From the human T2T-CHM13v2.0 reference genome, Homo sapiens, in NCBI RefSeq assembly GCF_009914755.1, contig NC_060938.1: a stretch of DNA of 64,000 nucleotides. The stretch is one strand, 5' to 3'. The notes below the pieces were generated by a model. That model searched no databases. It had not been told where the DNA came from and saw only the letters and a list, made by a program, of their open reading frames with translations. The stretch's first letter is position 1; every line of letters begins with the position of its first letter. The position numbers and the translations under genes were made by a program. Shown here piece by piece: positions 41,334 through 64,000 of this stretch.

Positions 41334-43082
41334 TCCAGGAATATAGCTAACCAAGGAGGTGAAAGATCTCTACAAGGAGAATTATAAAACACTGCTGAAA
41401 GAAATCATAGATGACACAAATGAATGGAAAAACATCCCATGCTCATGGATTGGAAGAATCAATATCATTAAAGTGGCCATATTGCCCAAAGCAATTTATA
41501 GATTCAATGCTATTGCTATCAAACTATCAATGCCATTTTTCACAGAATTGGAAAAAACTATTCTAAAATTTATATGGAACCAAAAAAGAGCCCAAATAGC
41601 TAAAGCAATCCTAAGCAAAAAGAACAAAACCAGAGGCATCACATTACCTGACTCCAAACTAATGCTACAAGGCTACAGTAAACAAAACAGCATGGTACTG
41701 GTACAAAAACAGACATATAGACCAATGGAACAGAATAGAGAACCCAGAAATAGAGCTGCACATCTACAACCATCTGATCTTTCACAAAATTGACAAAAAT
41801 AAGCAATGGGGGAAAGGATCCCTATTCAATAAATGGTGCTAGAATAACTGGCTATCCATATGCAAAAGAATGAAACTGGACCCATACCTATCACCATATA
41901 CAAAAATTAACTCAAGATGGATCAAACAGTTAAATATAAGACTTCAAACTATAAAAATCCTAGAAGAAAACCTAGGAAATACCCTTCTCAATATCAGCCT
42001 AGGCAAAGAAGTTACGGCTAAGTCCCCAAAAGCAATTGAAAACAAAAAACAAAAATTGACAAACAAGACCTAATTAAACTGAAGAGCTTCTGCATAGAAA
42101 GAAAACCTATTAAGGGAGTAAACAGACAACCTTTAGAATTGGAGAAAATATCCACAAACTATGTATCTGACAAAGGTCTATTATCCAGAATCTATAAGGA
42201 ACTCAAATCAACAAGAAAAAAGCAAATAACCTCATAAAAGATGAGGAAAGGATATGAACAGACAGTTCTGAAAAGAAGACATACAAGCAGCCAAGAAATA
42301 CATGAAAAAAATCCTCATCTTCACTAATCATCAACAAATGCAAATCAAAACCACAGTGACATACCGTCTCACATCAGTCAGAATGGCTTTTGTTAAAAAG
42401 TCAAAAAATAAGAGATGTTGGTGAGGCTGCAGAAAAAATGAAATACTTATATACTGTTGGTGGGAATGCAAATCAGTTCAATCACTGTAGAGAGCAACTT
42501 GGAGATTTCTCAGAGAACTGAGAGTTAAACTAGAATTCAACCCAGCAATTCTACTACTGAGTATATGCCCAAAAGAAAATAAATTGTTCTACCAAAAAGA
42601 TATGTGCATCCATATGTTCATAGCAGCACTATTTACAATTGTAAAGACATAGAATCAACCCAGGTGCCCATCAGTAGTGGGTTGGATTTAAAAAAAAAAA
42701 AGTGGTACAGATACACCATGGAATATTATACAGCCACAAAAGAGAATGAAATCACGTCCCTTGCAACAACACAGATACAACTGAAAACCATTATCCTAAG
42801 CGAACTAATGCAGAAACCAAAAACCAAATACCACATGTTCTCACTTGCAGGTGGGAGCTAAACATTGTGTAGACATGGTCATAAAAATGGGAACGATAAA
42901 CACTGGGGAAGACAAGAGGGGGAAGGATGGGAGGGTGATAAGGTTGAAAAAACTACCTATTGGGTACTATGCTCACTACCTGGGTGACGGATTCATTTGT
43001 TCTTCAAACCTCAGCATCGTGCTATATACCTTTATAACAAACCTGCACATGTATCCCCTGATTCTAAAATGAAAGTTGAAAA
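41334..43082 (+). mobile_element. 5'-truncated L1 (L1PA16/17-like)
   Basis: ORF2 C-terminal peptides (41359..41793 and others); 3' UTR; TSD aagaaaatgctatgctgtat (41314-41333) and aagaaaagtctatgctatat (43083-43102). Confidence 0.9.
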
Positions 43083-44599
43083 AAGAAAAGTCTATGCTAT
43101 ATGAAGAAAACAAAACTAAAAGTGCTTTTTGGCCTGATATAAGTCTATAGTTTAGCTATTCTCAGAGTATTAAACAAAGTTCCAAATGTCATACCTTTGA
43201 ATAAACATCTCTTTCTTTTAGGTGGCAAGATACTGGCATTAAGACTGCAAGACTACTTTGCTTTCTATAATACTTATATATTTCTCCAAAAACCCATACA
43301 AATAACTTAATGGCATTTTAAAACTCATATTTTAGATGCAGTGGGAGTGCTTATGCTTGAAATAATATCTTACTCAAATAAGCAACTGATTTTAATTTGT
43401 TTTCTATTTCTGGATTTTCATATGTTGAGCTTGCTTCCCTGAAACACCCTGTTTGCTTTTATTAAGCTTTCACAGTGACTTTTCTTCATTTGAACCTTTG
43501 TTTCTTTTGCTCCAAATTCTTGGTTTCCTTGTAACTTGAACTAGCTTATTTACCTACATACAAGTGTATACAAAGAGTACTAAAATCCTTATGGACCTTG
43601 TGACATCACCACTGTCCTCTTGCAATGTCAACCACTCTACCAAGTTTGGCAAATACTCCTTTATGGACTGTAGAAACCCTCTGCTTACAAATTCCTCCCT
43701 GGTACGCTCTCCTGGAATCTTCTCTTCCAAATGGCCCTGGTGAGTTTCTTGATTGGTAGATTTGACAACGCATTAATAAGGCAGTCTCATAATCCATTAT
43801 AGTTCAAAACTCAATTTAGAATAAATCAAGAAACCTGTGGCTACTGGCCTAATTCTGTGATGACTAATTAATTAATAAGTTATGGATGCCTACTGTGTGC
43901 CTAGCAGTGCCTGCCCCTCTGCTAAGCACAGGGAAGAACAAGAAGGCATGGTGCTTGCCCTCATTTTTTTATGGTCCAGCAGGGGAAAAGCCAATTATAC
44001 AAGCAATTTCTATAAAGAGTGCTAAATGCCGAGTGGGTGGACAAGCCAGCCTTTTCTCTGGAAGGCAATTCACTGCACAGCCCCTTGCCAGTACTAATGG
44101 TCCACAAGTATCTTCTCTTTGGGGAAGTGGGCTTTTAAACTGTAATCCTATGGCTCAGTTCACAAAATATTTATGCCTTGTTCATTAGCAGAAAGAAATA
44201 AATGGGCAGACGAGCATGCCAGGGTACAGCTAATGCTATTAGCATATACATATTTGTCACCCAGGGGAGGAGTACCAGTCAGGAACTGGCAGAGACAGCT
44301 GCTTAGGAAGCTCTGCTGTGATTTAAGCCACAATCTAAATGAAACTATTCGCAAGTTTCTGCCTCTGGGGACATAAGCTAAACAACCAGCATCAGTTTGT
44401 TTTCACAATTGTTATGGGTATCCACAACTGCCAGGTAGATGGGCTGAAACAGTCTTTGGACCTAAACCCACAATGATGAGTCCCAGCTCCACACTCATAG
44501 AAGCCTCTTCCTCACTTACCTAAATCCTGCTGTCCCTTCAAAGTCCAGTTCAAAGCCTAACACCAATCTCGGCCAATGCCCACTTCCAAGACACTCACT

Positions 44600-46000
44600 G
44601 CCATTTGAAAGGATTTAAGTAGGGAAGTGGAATCATCGGATTTGAGTTTTTAGAAGATCACTGTGTAACGTGGAGAACGGACTGAGAGGAAGTAAAACTT
44701 GAGGTAGAATGACTTGTTAAGAGAAAACTGGATGTCTAGGGGACAGATTAAAGTGGCCTTGAAGAGGTGGCAGCAGTGAGGTTGAAGAGAGGTAGACTGA
44801 ACAGTATCGCAGAGATGGAATGGATATAAATTGGTAAATAATTGAACATGGGTGTAGAAATAAGGGTGAAAGAGGGGTCAAGAATAAGCATCAGTTTCTG
44901 TCGTGGACAACTGAATTGATAAAACACCATTTACAGAGCTAGAAGGAGGACCTGGTTTGTGGGAAGGGTAATGAATGCAGTCTTAGACGTGGTGAGTTTA
45001 AGTGCATGAAACTCATCCAAGGAGAGATGGTCAGTGGGCAGTTGGACACACAGATCTAGAGTTCAGAAGACAGATTTGGGCTGGAAACAGATTTGAGAGT
45101 CAACAGTGTATGGAAAAGTCACTGAAGCTATGGGAGGGGTTATATGTTGAATTGCGTCCCACTCTCCCTCCCCTCCGTCAAATTCACATATTGAAGTTCT
45201 AACCCTCAGTACCTGAGCATGTGACCTTATTTAGAGATAACACCTTTACAGAGGTGATCAAATTAAAATGAGGTCATTAAGGTAGCCCTTAATTCCATAT
45301 GACCAGTGTCCTTCTAAAAAGGGAAAACTTGGGCACACACACTCATGGGGAGAACACCATGTAAAGATGAAGCCAGAGAAAGAATGGATGCTTTTATCAG
45401 CCAAGGAATGCCAAAGATTGCCAAAAAATCACTAGAAGCTATGGGGGAGGTGGTGGAACAGACTGCCTCCCACAGGCCTCAGAAGAAAGCAACCCTGTGG
45501 ATACCTTGACCTTGGACTTCCAGCCTTCAGAACTGTGAGACAATACATTTCTGTTGTTTCAGCCACCATGTTTGTGGAACTTTGTTACAGCAGCCCTAGC
45601 AAACTCATACAGGAGGGGATGAGATCACCCAGAAGGAAAATGTTGACTGAGAACTGCAGATAACAAGGGCTGAGACTCAAGAAACCCAGTAATTAAAAGG
45701 ATATGAACCTGTTAAAAAAAGAAAAGCAGCCCAAAAGATGGCGGGGGGGGGGCGGCGGGGGGAGAGAAACAGGAAATTATAACAATACAGAAATCAAAGG
45801 AACAGAATGGGAGAAGGTGGCCATGGTACAAATGTGACTTAGTGACAAGACAGTCATTGTTGACTTTGGAAAGAGCACTGTTGGTGGAGTAGCAGGGGCA
45901 AAAGCCAGACTGGCCTTTATTGAGAAACAAGTGGGAGATGAGAAAGCGCATGCAGGAAGTATAGACAGGACACAAATGCAAAGATCAGGGAAACACTTTT
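44600..46000 (-). mobile_element. LINE-2 interrupted by an MLT1 LTR
   Basis: Antisense L2 motifs on both sides of 45138-45611. Confidence 0.6.
45138..45611 (+). mobile_element. MaLR solo LTR (MLT1B/C-like)
   Basis: ccagccttcagaactgtgagacaatacatttctgttg...cagccctagcaaactcataca; 5-bp TSD ggagg. Confidence 0.85.
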
Positions 46001-46097
46001 CTATGCAGAGATTTTGAAAACACAGAAATTGTGTTAATTTAAGGAGTCGATAAACCATCCCAAATCTGTTATGCGGGAGGTAGGGACAGACATGTAT

Positions 46098-46136
46098 GCA
46101 GATGGATGCATGGATGGATCGATGGATGGATGGATG
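46098..46136. repeat. Imperfect (GATG)n tetranucleotide repeat
   Basis: gatggatgcatggatggatcgatggatggatggatgg. Confidence 0.85.
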
Positions 46137-46840
46137 GGAGAAAAGATGGCATATGGCAGATTCAGATAATTCAGCGTAGTTTTATTAGAAAAAAATGATC
46201 TTTTATTCACAGTGCAAAAGATTTATAAAAATCAGGCATGTTTTTGTAATTTAATAGAAGAAAATGTGAAGCTCTCATTAAGCTCCTGGAAATCTTGCTA
46301 CCCTGAGTTCAGGGAAACTGGTTTGGCATGTTTATCACCTCTCTGCTTCCATGATTGTTGCAAATGTTTAATCACAATCCTCACCATAAGGATCATTTCT
46401 TAGCCAGAGATAAGGAAAAAATGATATTAAAGTATTTGTTCTGTTCCTTTGGTAAGCAAAAGAGTGTAAGTCACCTCCCAGGAGTACCATATTCACCCAT
46501 GTGAGGCGAATTATGGGAGCTATGCAAGTATTAGAATGCTTAATGTGCTGTTGCTGACAGTTGAGCATAGAATATTTAAAATGTTTCTTGTAGAGGCAGC
46601 TCTTGCAGTTTGTTATGCATGCTCTCCTCTCGAAATCCTAAATTTATCTGATGGAGTGAAAGATAATCCTTCTGATGTTCACACTGTCCGGAAGATGGCT
46701 TAAATTTACTACACAGGCTTTGGAATAAGGTAAAAATGCTGCTGGCATTACCTTCTAAACATTCCTTGAATCCATCTCCTTTTGCCATCCTTGCCCCTCC
46801 GCTTCCCCACATTAGGCCCTTGCTGGCTATTTCGTGGATG

Positions 46841-46903
46841 ACTGGCTGCCATGTGTTCCTAGCCTCCAGGAAACTGGCTGCCACATGCTCCCAGCCTCCA
46901 GGA
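46841..46903. repeat. 32-bp tandem duplication
   Basis: actggctgccatgtgttcctagcctccagga / actggctgccacatgctcccagcctccagga. Confidence 0.85.
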
Positions 46904-47714
46904 CTATAGAAAGGAGCTGCTATGTGAGGATAGAAGTTATCCAGTATCAGAGAAAAACTCTAGGGAAACTTTGACCCACACATCTATAGTCCAGAGGATA
47001 ATTTTCCTTGTCACTATTTGTTTTGGCTAGAGGAGTTTTGGCAACTCTTATTCATTCATTCATAAGGATTTATTGAGGAGTCTCTATGTTCCAGACATTG
47101 AACTAGACCTTATGGACTACAAAGAGGGTGAAGACTAAGTTTCTGCCTCAGTTCACGCTATATTAGGGAAAAGAGACTGAAAAACAGGTAAATTATAACC
47201 CAATATGAAATGTGCTAATATAATGACAAATCCTGGGATTAATAAAAGTGAGAATCTGTAGGACCCTGAGCCTGGAGGGTGTGAGAAACTGGAAGAGCCC
47301 AGAAGTAAGAACAACACTTATAGGGCAACCACTTCTTGGGAAACTGGTCAAGACCAGCAGGAAAACAGCCTGCTGACTGCGCGGGGTCTGTGAAGGCAAC
47401 TGTACCATCTGGACTCAATAATGGTGAAGCTGAGCCTTAATGAGGTTCAATTTGGGCTGTAAGACAAACTTCGGTTTTTCAACTTTAAAAACTCTATAAC
47501 CACAGAATCTAACCCTTCGGTTTCTCTCAGCTCAGGATTCACTTTGTCTCACAATTTTATTTTTCCTTATTAATATACCAATGAAATGTTGTAGGAGCAT
47601 GGAAGACCATGCTTTATGTGCTTGTGTCTCCAACATCAATGCCTGGCACAGAAAACCTGGGGTGGAAGATCCTCCTGTAGAGAAGAAAGGGAGTGAGTCT
47701 GGTGATGATCTCAC

Positions 47715-48760
47715 TCATGCATCTGACAAATATTTACTGAATGTATTTACTGAGTATCTCCTATGTGCCAGGAACTGTGATAGGTACCATGCAGACCCGA
47801 ATTGATAAAACAGACATGGTTTCAGTCCTTGGAAGCTTAAAGTAAGTGAACAAACACATAAACATATGGATAGAGCATGTGTAAGCAAATACATCAGCCA
47901 ATAATGACAACTTCTAAGTTCTGTGAAGAACGCAAGAGTGGGTAGTGATTGGGAATAGCAGAGTGGTGTCTAGTTACATAAGGTTGTGCAGGGATGCTTC
48001 TCTGAGGAGATTATGGGCAAACTGGGACTTAAAGGCTGAGGCATAAACAGAGGAAAGGGAGATTCAGGAAGCAGGAACTGCACATGCAAAGACCCTGTGG
48101 TGGGGAGAGTTTGGTGTGTTATAGGAACTAAATGCAGGTTGGTGTAGTGTAGATAGAGTGCAGTAGATAAAGGAGAGAAGGAAATAAAGTTTAAAAGGAG
48201 ACAGAAGCCAGATCTGTTTTGAGGGGGGATATCAAGGTACAAATCCCTGCTAGGCAGCTAGATAAATCTAACAAGGGTATGGGTGAAGAAGACAGGATTG
48301 GTCATATGAAGTTGGGTGTATTCCCATGTAAGAGACAATGGAAGGCAGGGTAAGAAATAAACTCTCTAAAGCTGTGAGTATAGAGAAGATGCCCAGCAGG
48401 TCCAGGATGAACACCCCGGGGAACAGTCCTGGGAAATGCTGTTATCAAGGGATGGAAGAAGTTGAGGCCAGCAAACGATATGGTACAGTTGTCAAAGGCA
48501 AAAGCAGAGTCATAGAGCTGAGAGAATCTAAGAGAAGAGTTAAAAAAAAAAAAACAAAAAAAAGAGTTACCATTTAATCACTTCTACGACTGCCAACAAG
48601 ACAAGGAGATTGAAAGTGAAAGAAATGCCCATTGGCTATGGCAATAAGGACCTCCCAGGTGATTAATGAAAGTAGTTTCAGTAGAGAAGAGGTGAAGGAG
48701 GTGGAAGGAAGAGGAATGGAGGCAGGGGTTTGAGAAACTGAAAGGTAGATAACATCAAAG
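47715..48760 (-). mobile_element. LINE-2 fragments
   Basis: tatttactgagtatctcctatgtgccagg, ggaactgcacatgcaaagaccctgtggtggg. Confidence 0.6.
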
Positions 48761-49059
48761 TCGAGTGAAGTTAGTCAAGATACATGGGAGAGTTCCAGCT
48801 AGATGAAGTAACCTGGCCTCCCTCCCACTGTAAACAAAATAAAACTGGACAAAGCATATGAGGCAACTGAGCTCAGATGTTGGTCACTGTGCAGTGCAAC
48901 AGTGCAGTCCCTAAGATCTTACAAGGTCAGCCTCATAATCTCCAGCTTTTCCTTGAGACAATATCTCAAGTGACACAGTGACAATGTCCTCACTGTGGTG
49001 CAGAAAGCTGGAGTCTGAGTTACTACCACTGAGTAGAGGAGGCAGAGACCAAAGTTTGA

Positions 49060-49217
49060 GGCCAGATGCAGTGGTTCACACCTATAACCCCAGCAACTTT
49101 GGAGACTGAGGCAGGAAGATCACTTGAGCCCAGAAGTTGGAGGCTGCAGTAAGCTATGATTGTGCCACTGCCCTCCAGCCTGGACAACAGAGTGAGATCC
49201 CGTCTCTAAAAAAAAAA
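49060..49217 (+). mobile_element. Free Alu monomer (FRAM/FAM-like)
   Basis: Single ~150-bp arm with A tail; TSD aaagtttg (49051-49058 and 49215-49222). Confidence 0.8.
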
Positions 49218-51850
49218 GTTTGGGGAAGGAGCTGGCATTAGTGGGGCAGTCAGAGAGGAGGGAGCTGTAACTTCCCAGGCTATTACAAGCAAGTCTCAAG
49301 TCTCATGCCTGCCTTTTTCTCTAGCCTGGTTGATGACCGCTTCTCCCCACCCAGCAGTTGGGCCAACATTCTATGAATTCATATTCAAGCTTCAAGTCTC
49401 AGTTCAAGTGTCACTTACCTATAGCGGCATTCCTTGACCATTTTCCCTCTTCTGTGCACACTGCACTTAACCTAACCACACCATATTCTACTGTAATTTC
49501 TGGTTTATTTATTTTTCTTCCTGGCTGTCAGCTTCTTAATAGTCAGGGCTCTGTCTTAGCTATTTCTGTATCTCCAGTATTGGCACTTAGTGGCTTTTCA
49601 TAAGCATTTGTTGAGCTCACTGACCCTTGGGGAGAAATTAAAGATAACATCTAATTATGCTCTACTGTGTTCAGTAACTTTAATGTGCATATGTCTTATC
49701 ATCTCCAACTACGCATGCTCAAGAAATATTTAAGTGACTAAATGAATAAATGAACAAGAGTAGCAATACCATAATTAAGGACAAGGACCAATTTTGAATC
49801 TCTTATGCCTCCATGAAAGAATGTTGGGCACACACTAAATATTCAACAAATACTTGAGAAATTGGGTAATTAGCAGGAAAGTCAATAAACTCCAGATGCA
49901 TCAAGAGCTGCCTCACATTTGCATCTTTGAGACGTGAGCATGGGATAGAGACGTACTGATGGTAACTTTTAGATCTTTCATGAGCACTGCATGCCATTAA
50001 CTCTAAGGAGCTATCATATTTAAGATCTGGGCAGCAGGAGCTGGGTTGTTTTGGAGTCCCTGCTTCTCTGTCTTATGGGAGAGTTGAGAACAACTGCTTA
50101 CTATCTTGGGAAGCTGTCTGAGTTTCCTCCTTCTGGATGGAGACCATTAATAAACATGCTGAGTTGGTCTGATTAGCAGGTGCATGGAACAGATTTAGCT
50201 CTCAAGGCTTTTAAGCAAATCTTACTAGAGCATTTATATAATTTATTGTGTGTCTGACTCCATCAGGGGTTTAGATCAAAGTGAAATATCTGAAATTTGT
50301 TATTGATAAAGGAGAAGTCTTACTGATGGCAAAAGGAGAGCCTGTCATACACTCCCCTGAGGAGATGGCGGTCTGTGCTCCTATGTCCCCTGTCCTCCCC
50401 CAACAATGGGTCACTCAGTCAAAAACGTCAGTCACCCTATCCTCCTGGAGTCCCAGTTGTTCCAACGATAGGCTTTTCAGTTTCTTAGTAACTTGGGATA
50501 GCATTCTCTAAGAGGTATTTCTAAGGCAGCAATAGTCCGAGCAAACATTTTTCTACCTGAGATTCAGCACAAATTTCTATTTTTCCCAGAAGCTTCTGAT
50601 ACATAGCTTCCAAAGACTTTTGAAAATACAGCTTGACTTCCTGCATAGTCTCATTAGAGCATAATTATTGCACCACAGCACAGCTGAAAGAGCCCAGACT
50701 TGGGAGTCAGGTGACCTGGAAGAGAAAGACAGCTCTGTCTCCCACTAGGATTGTGCTCTTGAGCAAGTTATCTTTCCTCTCCAAGCCTCAGTTTCTTTAT
50801 TGGCAAGGAGGAAAGTAACATCTACCTAGTAAAGTTGTTGTAAGGAGTAGATGATGTAATGTATGTTTGTGTTATTATGTATTTTATTTGCAGAACATTA
50901 TAACCCCTGGACTGGTGCCTTTTCACCTAGAAGGCTCTCAAAAAATATTTACTGACTGAATTTTACTTAAACTCAGGGCATATACCATAGGCAGTTTCTG
51001 ACTTATAAACTGGAGTTTTTCCAGATCTAAATGCATTTCCCCACATAAACAAGTTATAAACTGTGGTTTGGCTGCAGATTGGTGCTAACATCCCATTATT
51101 GCTAAAATACTGTACATTTGCAGTGGGGAAACACATAAAATAAAATCAGTCATTAAGTAAAACAAGAAAATATTGAATAAAAATGGTTTCATATTTATTT
51201 TGAGAGTTAGTGATTGAGGAAAAGCAGATTTCATTTAAGGAGGAAGAAAAAGTTGTTGGTAATTACTGGAGGGGATCTTCAGGGAAATTTCTGTGTATTT
51301 CCAAAAACTCTCAGTGTTGGTGCCCTGGATATTTATTCTGTTTAATTTCCCTTAAATCCTAGAACAGACTTCTTCAGTACAGGTAACCCATTAGCATCAA
51401 TCTTTCGTTATCAACAATGACAAATATTTCTTTAAGCTGATACATGGTGAGGTTTCATGAGTAAAGTTGTTATTTCCCAAAGAATAAGAAACAGACAAAA
51501 AGGATGAACAAATGACAGAATTTTTAATAACTAAGAACAAGTTGAAAAAGAATTGGAAGTAAAAAGACTTAAAAGGAGGTGTGTGTGCATGTGACCATTC
51601 TCCCTCAGGCAACTGTTTTTAATGAAGGGCCCAGCTGTCACAGTAGAGGGAAATGGCAGATGAGCTCTAGATCTCTCTCTGATGGGGCAACAGGGAGTGG
51701 TGGGTATGGGATTTCAAACTAGACAGCTCCCCATAATGACTTCTGGGTGGTAGATCAGCCATGAAGATAGCTTGGTTCCTGCTCTAAACAAGTGCATATG
51801 AGGGGTTTGTAAGACAACATGTAGGGAGAAAGCTGTGTGACCTTGGGATG

Positions 51851-52013
51851 TCACTTAAACTTTTTAGATTTAAGTGTTCTCGTCCATAAAATAAGAGGGT
51901 GGGACCAGAAATTCTATGAAAATTTCACTGAAGCTTTTGAGATTTGAGTGTTCTCATCCATCAAATAAGAAAGTAGGACAAGAAATTCTATGAAAATTTC
52001 AGTCTAAACTTTT
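51851..52013. repeat. 74-bp tandem duplication of MIR-like sequence (about 2.2 copies)
   Basis: agaaattctatgaaaatttca recurs with a 74-nt period. Confidence 0.85.
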
Positions 52014-52303
52014 AAAATTTTATGAGGACCTTGTGACTTAATACCAGGTAGGGCTGTCTTTCCAGCTAAGTACAAGTTAAAATCCTAAACTTTGTGAAAC
52101 CAATATGATTCTTCACTCTCACCTCCTTTAAAATGTGTCTTTCCTAAGCATCGCCATGACAATTGAGAACATTTCACTAAGAAAGGGTTTCTCAGAATTA
52201 TTCCTAGGCACAGGGCAAGACATTTCCAGGAAATATCAATGCATTTGGAACCTTCCCTGGAGCAAAAGATCTAAGTGAGAATCCCTGAAAGAACAAGAAA
52301 CAA

Positions 52304-52824
52304 ACATTTTCCTTTTTTTTTTTTTAACTGCTCACTTCATTTCTTCATTGTTAACTGCTGCTTTAAGGAGTGTATTTTCCAAGAGAAATTTCAATAGGTT
52401 ATGTGATCAATTAAACTTATGTACTGGCTTTTGCCAAAGGACATAGTTTTAAAAATCCATGGCACACAATGTAAAATTGATCATCTTTACAAAACAATAT
52501 TGAGGTTTTTAGAACTTCAGTTCTGCATATAGATGGGATAGAGGGTTAGATTTGGAGCTTTTCTGACATTTTCTTTGAAAAAAAATACTGCTCATAATCT
52601 TCATTGTCAACTACTGCTTTAAGGAGTGTATTTTTAAGAGAAATTTCAGTAGGTTATGTGATAAATTAAACTTATGTACTGGCTTTTACCAAAGGATATA
52701 GTTTTTAAAATCCATGGCACCCAATGTGAAATTGATCCTCTTTACAAAACAATATTATGAGGCTTTTAGAACCTCAGCTGTGCATATAGATGGGATAGAG
52801 GGTTAGATCTGGAGCTTTGCCTGA
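52304..52824. repeat. ~257-bp tandem duplication (2 copies)
   Basis: ctttaaggagtgtatttt at 52361 and 52617; gagggttaga at 52541 and 52798; roughly 90% identical by eye. Confidence 0.92.
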
Positions 52825-54039
52825 AAAGAACCTTATACCAAATATTAGGATTCCTAGGGCTCAGTAGCTGGTTTAACTACTACTAACTGAGCACCTGACC
52901 CTAGATATTTCTTTTGTCATGTGTCTCTTGATTTTCTACATTTAAAATTGGAAAATAACTACCATTTCTTTATATCAAGCTCTTACTGCTATTCTCTTAT
53001 GTTTTTATAGTGACAAACTGTACATAACTTAAAATTTATCATTTTAACTCTTTTAAGTGTAAAGTCCAGTTGAATTAAGTACATTCATATGGTTGTTCAA
53101 CCATTACCAACATCCATCTCCAGAACTTTTTCAGCTTCTCAAACTTGAAACTTCATACCTATTCTCTTATTTTAATAGTATTTTTCTTGATCCACTTAGA
53201 GAATATCAACCAACAGAATTCTCATAACATATACCATCTTAGCGTGGTAGTAAGGGTATAATTTTCCAGAATTATGAAGGGGAAATTGACCCTTGAGCAT
53301 TGGCTAGTTTGATGTCAAATGTGCTACAAGGTTTATATATTAAACTGTGATGATTAACTGCCCCCTTGGGTTACAATCAAAGTTGTGAATGTTTGAACTT
53401 TGTGATGTACATGCTCCCCTAGTAAAAAGCACAAGAGGATTCTTGCCCCCTCAGTGAAAAACACTGAGAATTCCCCAAAGAGACTGACAAAGTTAAATAT
53501 CTCCTGAAGACCAGCCTTCTAGGGAAGTGTATGAATTGGGTGGGCTGGTTGGGTCTTCCCAGCGCATTTGAGATTTTCTCCAGGCTCCACTTCTTTACTG
53601 TCTACTGTCTCCATCACTGCCTGTTTACTTTGAATTCCACTCTTTTTCTGTCTATTCCCTTTACTTGTTGCTTTGGAGCATCCTTGCTTCCCTGCCTCTC
53701 CTTGTCCATATAGTTTGAGGGGTCCCTTACCTCTCAACCACAGCCCCACCTTCATCTTAAATAAGGACTAAGTTCCCCTTTGTTCATCCCTTGACACTGT
53801 GGGTCAGCCTCCTCCACTCTTCTCCTGGCTATAGCTGACTAAACCTTAGCCCCTCTTCTTCCTCGCCCCATCCCCTTTCTCAAGTCCCCCTTCCTCTCAA
53901 TCAGAGCCACAGACACTGCATTATACATTATGAAAATGTGGTTTTCTGTTTTGCAAAAACAGCGTGAATGTTAAGTCAGATAACTTGAGCCTTAGCTTTC
54001 GGATGATGATTTATAGATTAGACTCTTTCCCATTCATAG

Positions 54040-54385
<346 letters not shown>

Positions 54386-55184
54386 TAACTGTAGTTATTC
54401 TTAAAAAGAAAAAAAAATGACAGAGCTTCCTAATCAGAGATACCTTTATATACATTATATGCATTTGTTTATTCACTTACCCAATAAACATTTACTCAAT
54501 ACCTTGCATGTGCTAGGCACTATCTTAGGTGCTCATAAAATAGCTGTGAATAATGATGACCCTCACCTCACAGGGTTTAAAGACTTTAGGGAAATACAGA
54601 CCAGAAAGCTGGCAATTGCAATAGTATGGATAAGCAGTGTGCTAGGAGGGGTAGAGTGGGTCTGTATGAGTCATGGCAGAGGCATTTAACCAGGCTGGGG
54701 GCTCAAGCAAGCTTTCCTAGGGAAGTGATATCTAAGCAGGAACCCAGAGGAGGAGTTAGCCAAGCAATTAATAGGGAACCTGGGACTTACTGAATGCCAT
54801 TTACAGGTCGTGATAGTTTAGTTTTTAGTTTTGTTTTTCAAAAATTCATTGCTTCTGTCATTCAAAGAAAATAAACTCTGACCTGATATGTAGGCAACAG
54901 AAGGGACTTTAAAGATGCCATCTAAATCTAGTAGAGTCAGTTTGTTCTTGGGTTAAGTAATGATGGTGTCTTATGATGAGAGTTGTTTTCTTTTTACATT
55001 TCAGTAATAAAATCATATCAAGTGGGATCCAAGAGAACGTCTTAAAACTAGCCCTAAGTGTTTCTATCTGACATTTAGGATGTATTATTAGTATATGAGT
55101 AAAACCAATTGATCACATGACAAGATTTTAAAATAAAATGTGAAAAGACCTATTATGTATATTTGGCATAAAGAATCCAGTCAT

Positions 55185-63285
<8,101 letters not shown>

Positions 63286-64000
63286 AAACATAACAATACT
63301 TTTCTTGAGAAATAAATCTGTAAAATGGCAAAAAAAAAAAATTCAGTCATATAGAAAGCATCAGCGATGTCTTTTTTCTATACAACTCGTAAATAGGAAG
63401 ATGTATGTGCTCTGATAGGAGCTCTTTATCTGGGGTCCAGGGACATCTGGGGACTTCAGGAGGTCCTGAAATACTGTAAAACTATATCAAAAAAATTATG
63501 TGTATGTGCATATTACTGTAGATATGGTCCATAACTTAAATTGCACACTCAACAAGGAATCCATGTCCCCCAAAAGTTCAAGAACCAGAACTCGATAGCA
63601 CGCAGTAATTGCTAAAAGAACTATTAGAGCTGGATGGAACTTCAGAGATTCTCTCATTCAAAATATCAGAAACATGAAGTATTCACTTGTGGATTAGGAA
63701 ATAGAGGTACAATCAATCATATTCATACTAAATATGTTCTCAGGCAAGAACATCAAAGTGTGGCAGCACATGGTTTGGTTAACATAAAGCTAATTTAAAG
63801 AAGAAATTCAAAATGGTAATGACTGATAGAGTGGTATTTCTAAAGAGGTGTGTAGAGTTTTCCCTTTTGAAAAGTTTTTTTACAGAAAATCTGAGGTTTT
63901 ATTTACTGTATGTGAGTTCCTGGTTAAAGGGAAGAGACAATGTGGCACTGTAGCCCTCAAATGCTCCTACTTCTTCTCTTTCCTGGTCTATAGTAACTCC

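Noticed and set aside
45739-45762. G-rich run as a functional G-quadruplex or promoter
   Set aside because: It is a short low-complexity tract inside an L2 relic with no surrounding CpG island.

Overview
Primate, almost certainly human, genomic DNA: it contains a human-specific AluYa5, and from memory the locus is chr14q23. The left half carries eight minus-strand coding exons of SLC35F4, an orphan multi-pass transporter of the SLC35F/DMT family. All seven introns are GT-AG with compatible phases. The exons sum to 1566 nt (521 aa plus stop), reading MDELLLDLFH...GTVSIPLA*, followed by a short 3' UTR with poly(A) signals near 886-955. The rest is CpG-poor intronic or upstream DNA rich in L1, Alu, L2, MIR, MaLR-LTR and DNA-transposon relics. 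I find no convincing novel biological system. The most interesting signals are mechanistic fossils: a twin-primed L1PA2/3 nested at the ORF1 stop of a full-length L1PA7-like element, two candidate L1 3' transductions, an Alu fragment fused to an L1 5' junction, an AluYa5 with a 24-bp TSD, a fold-back-templated duplication and a perfect 23-bp dispersed doublet. There are also SLC35F4 splicing features (alternative first exon, NAGNAG acceptor, inverted Alus around exons). Repeat subfamily calls are from recalled consensus sequences, and boundaries of old repeats are approximate.
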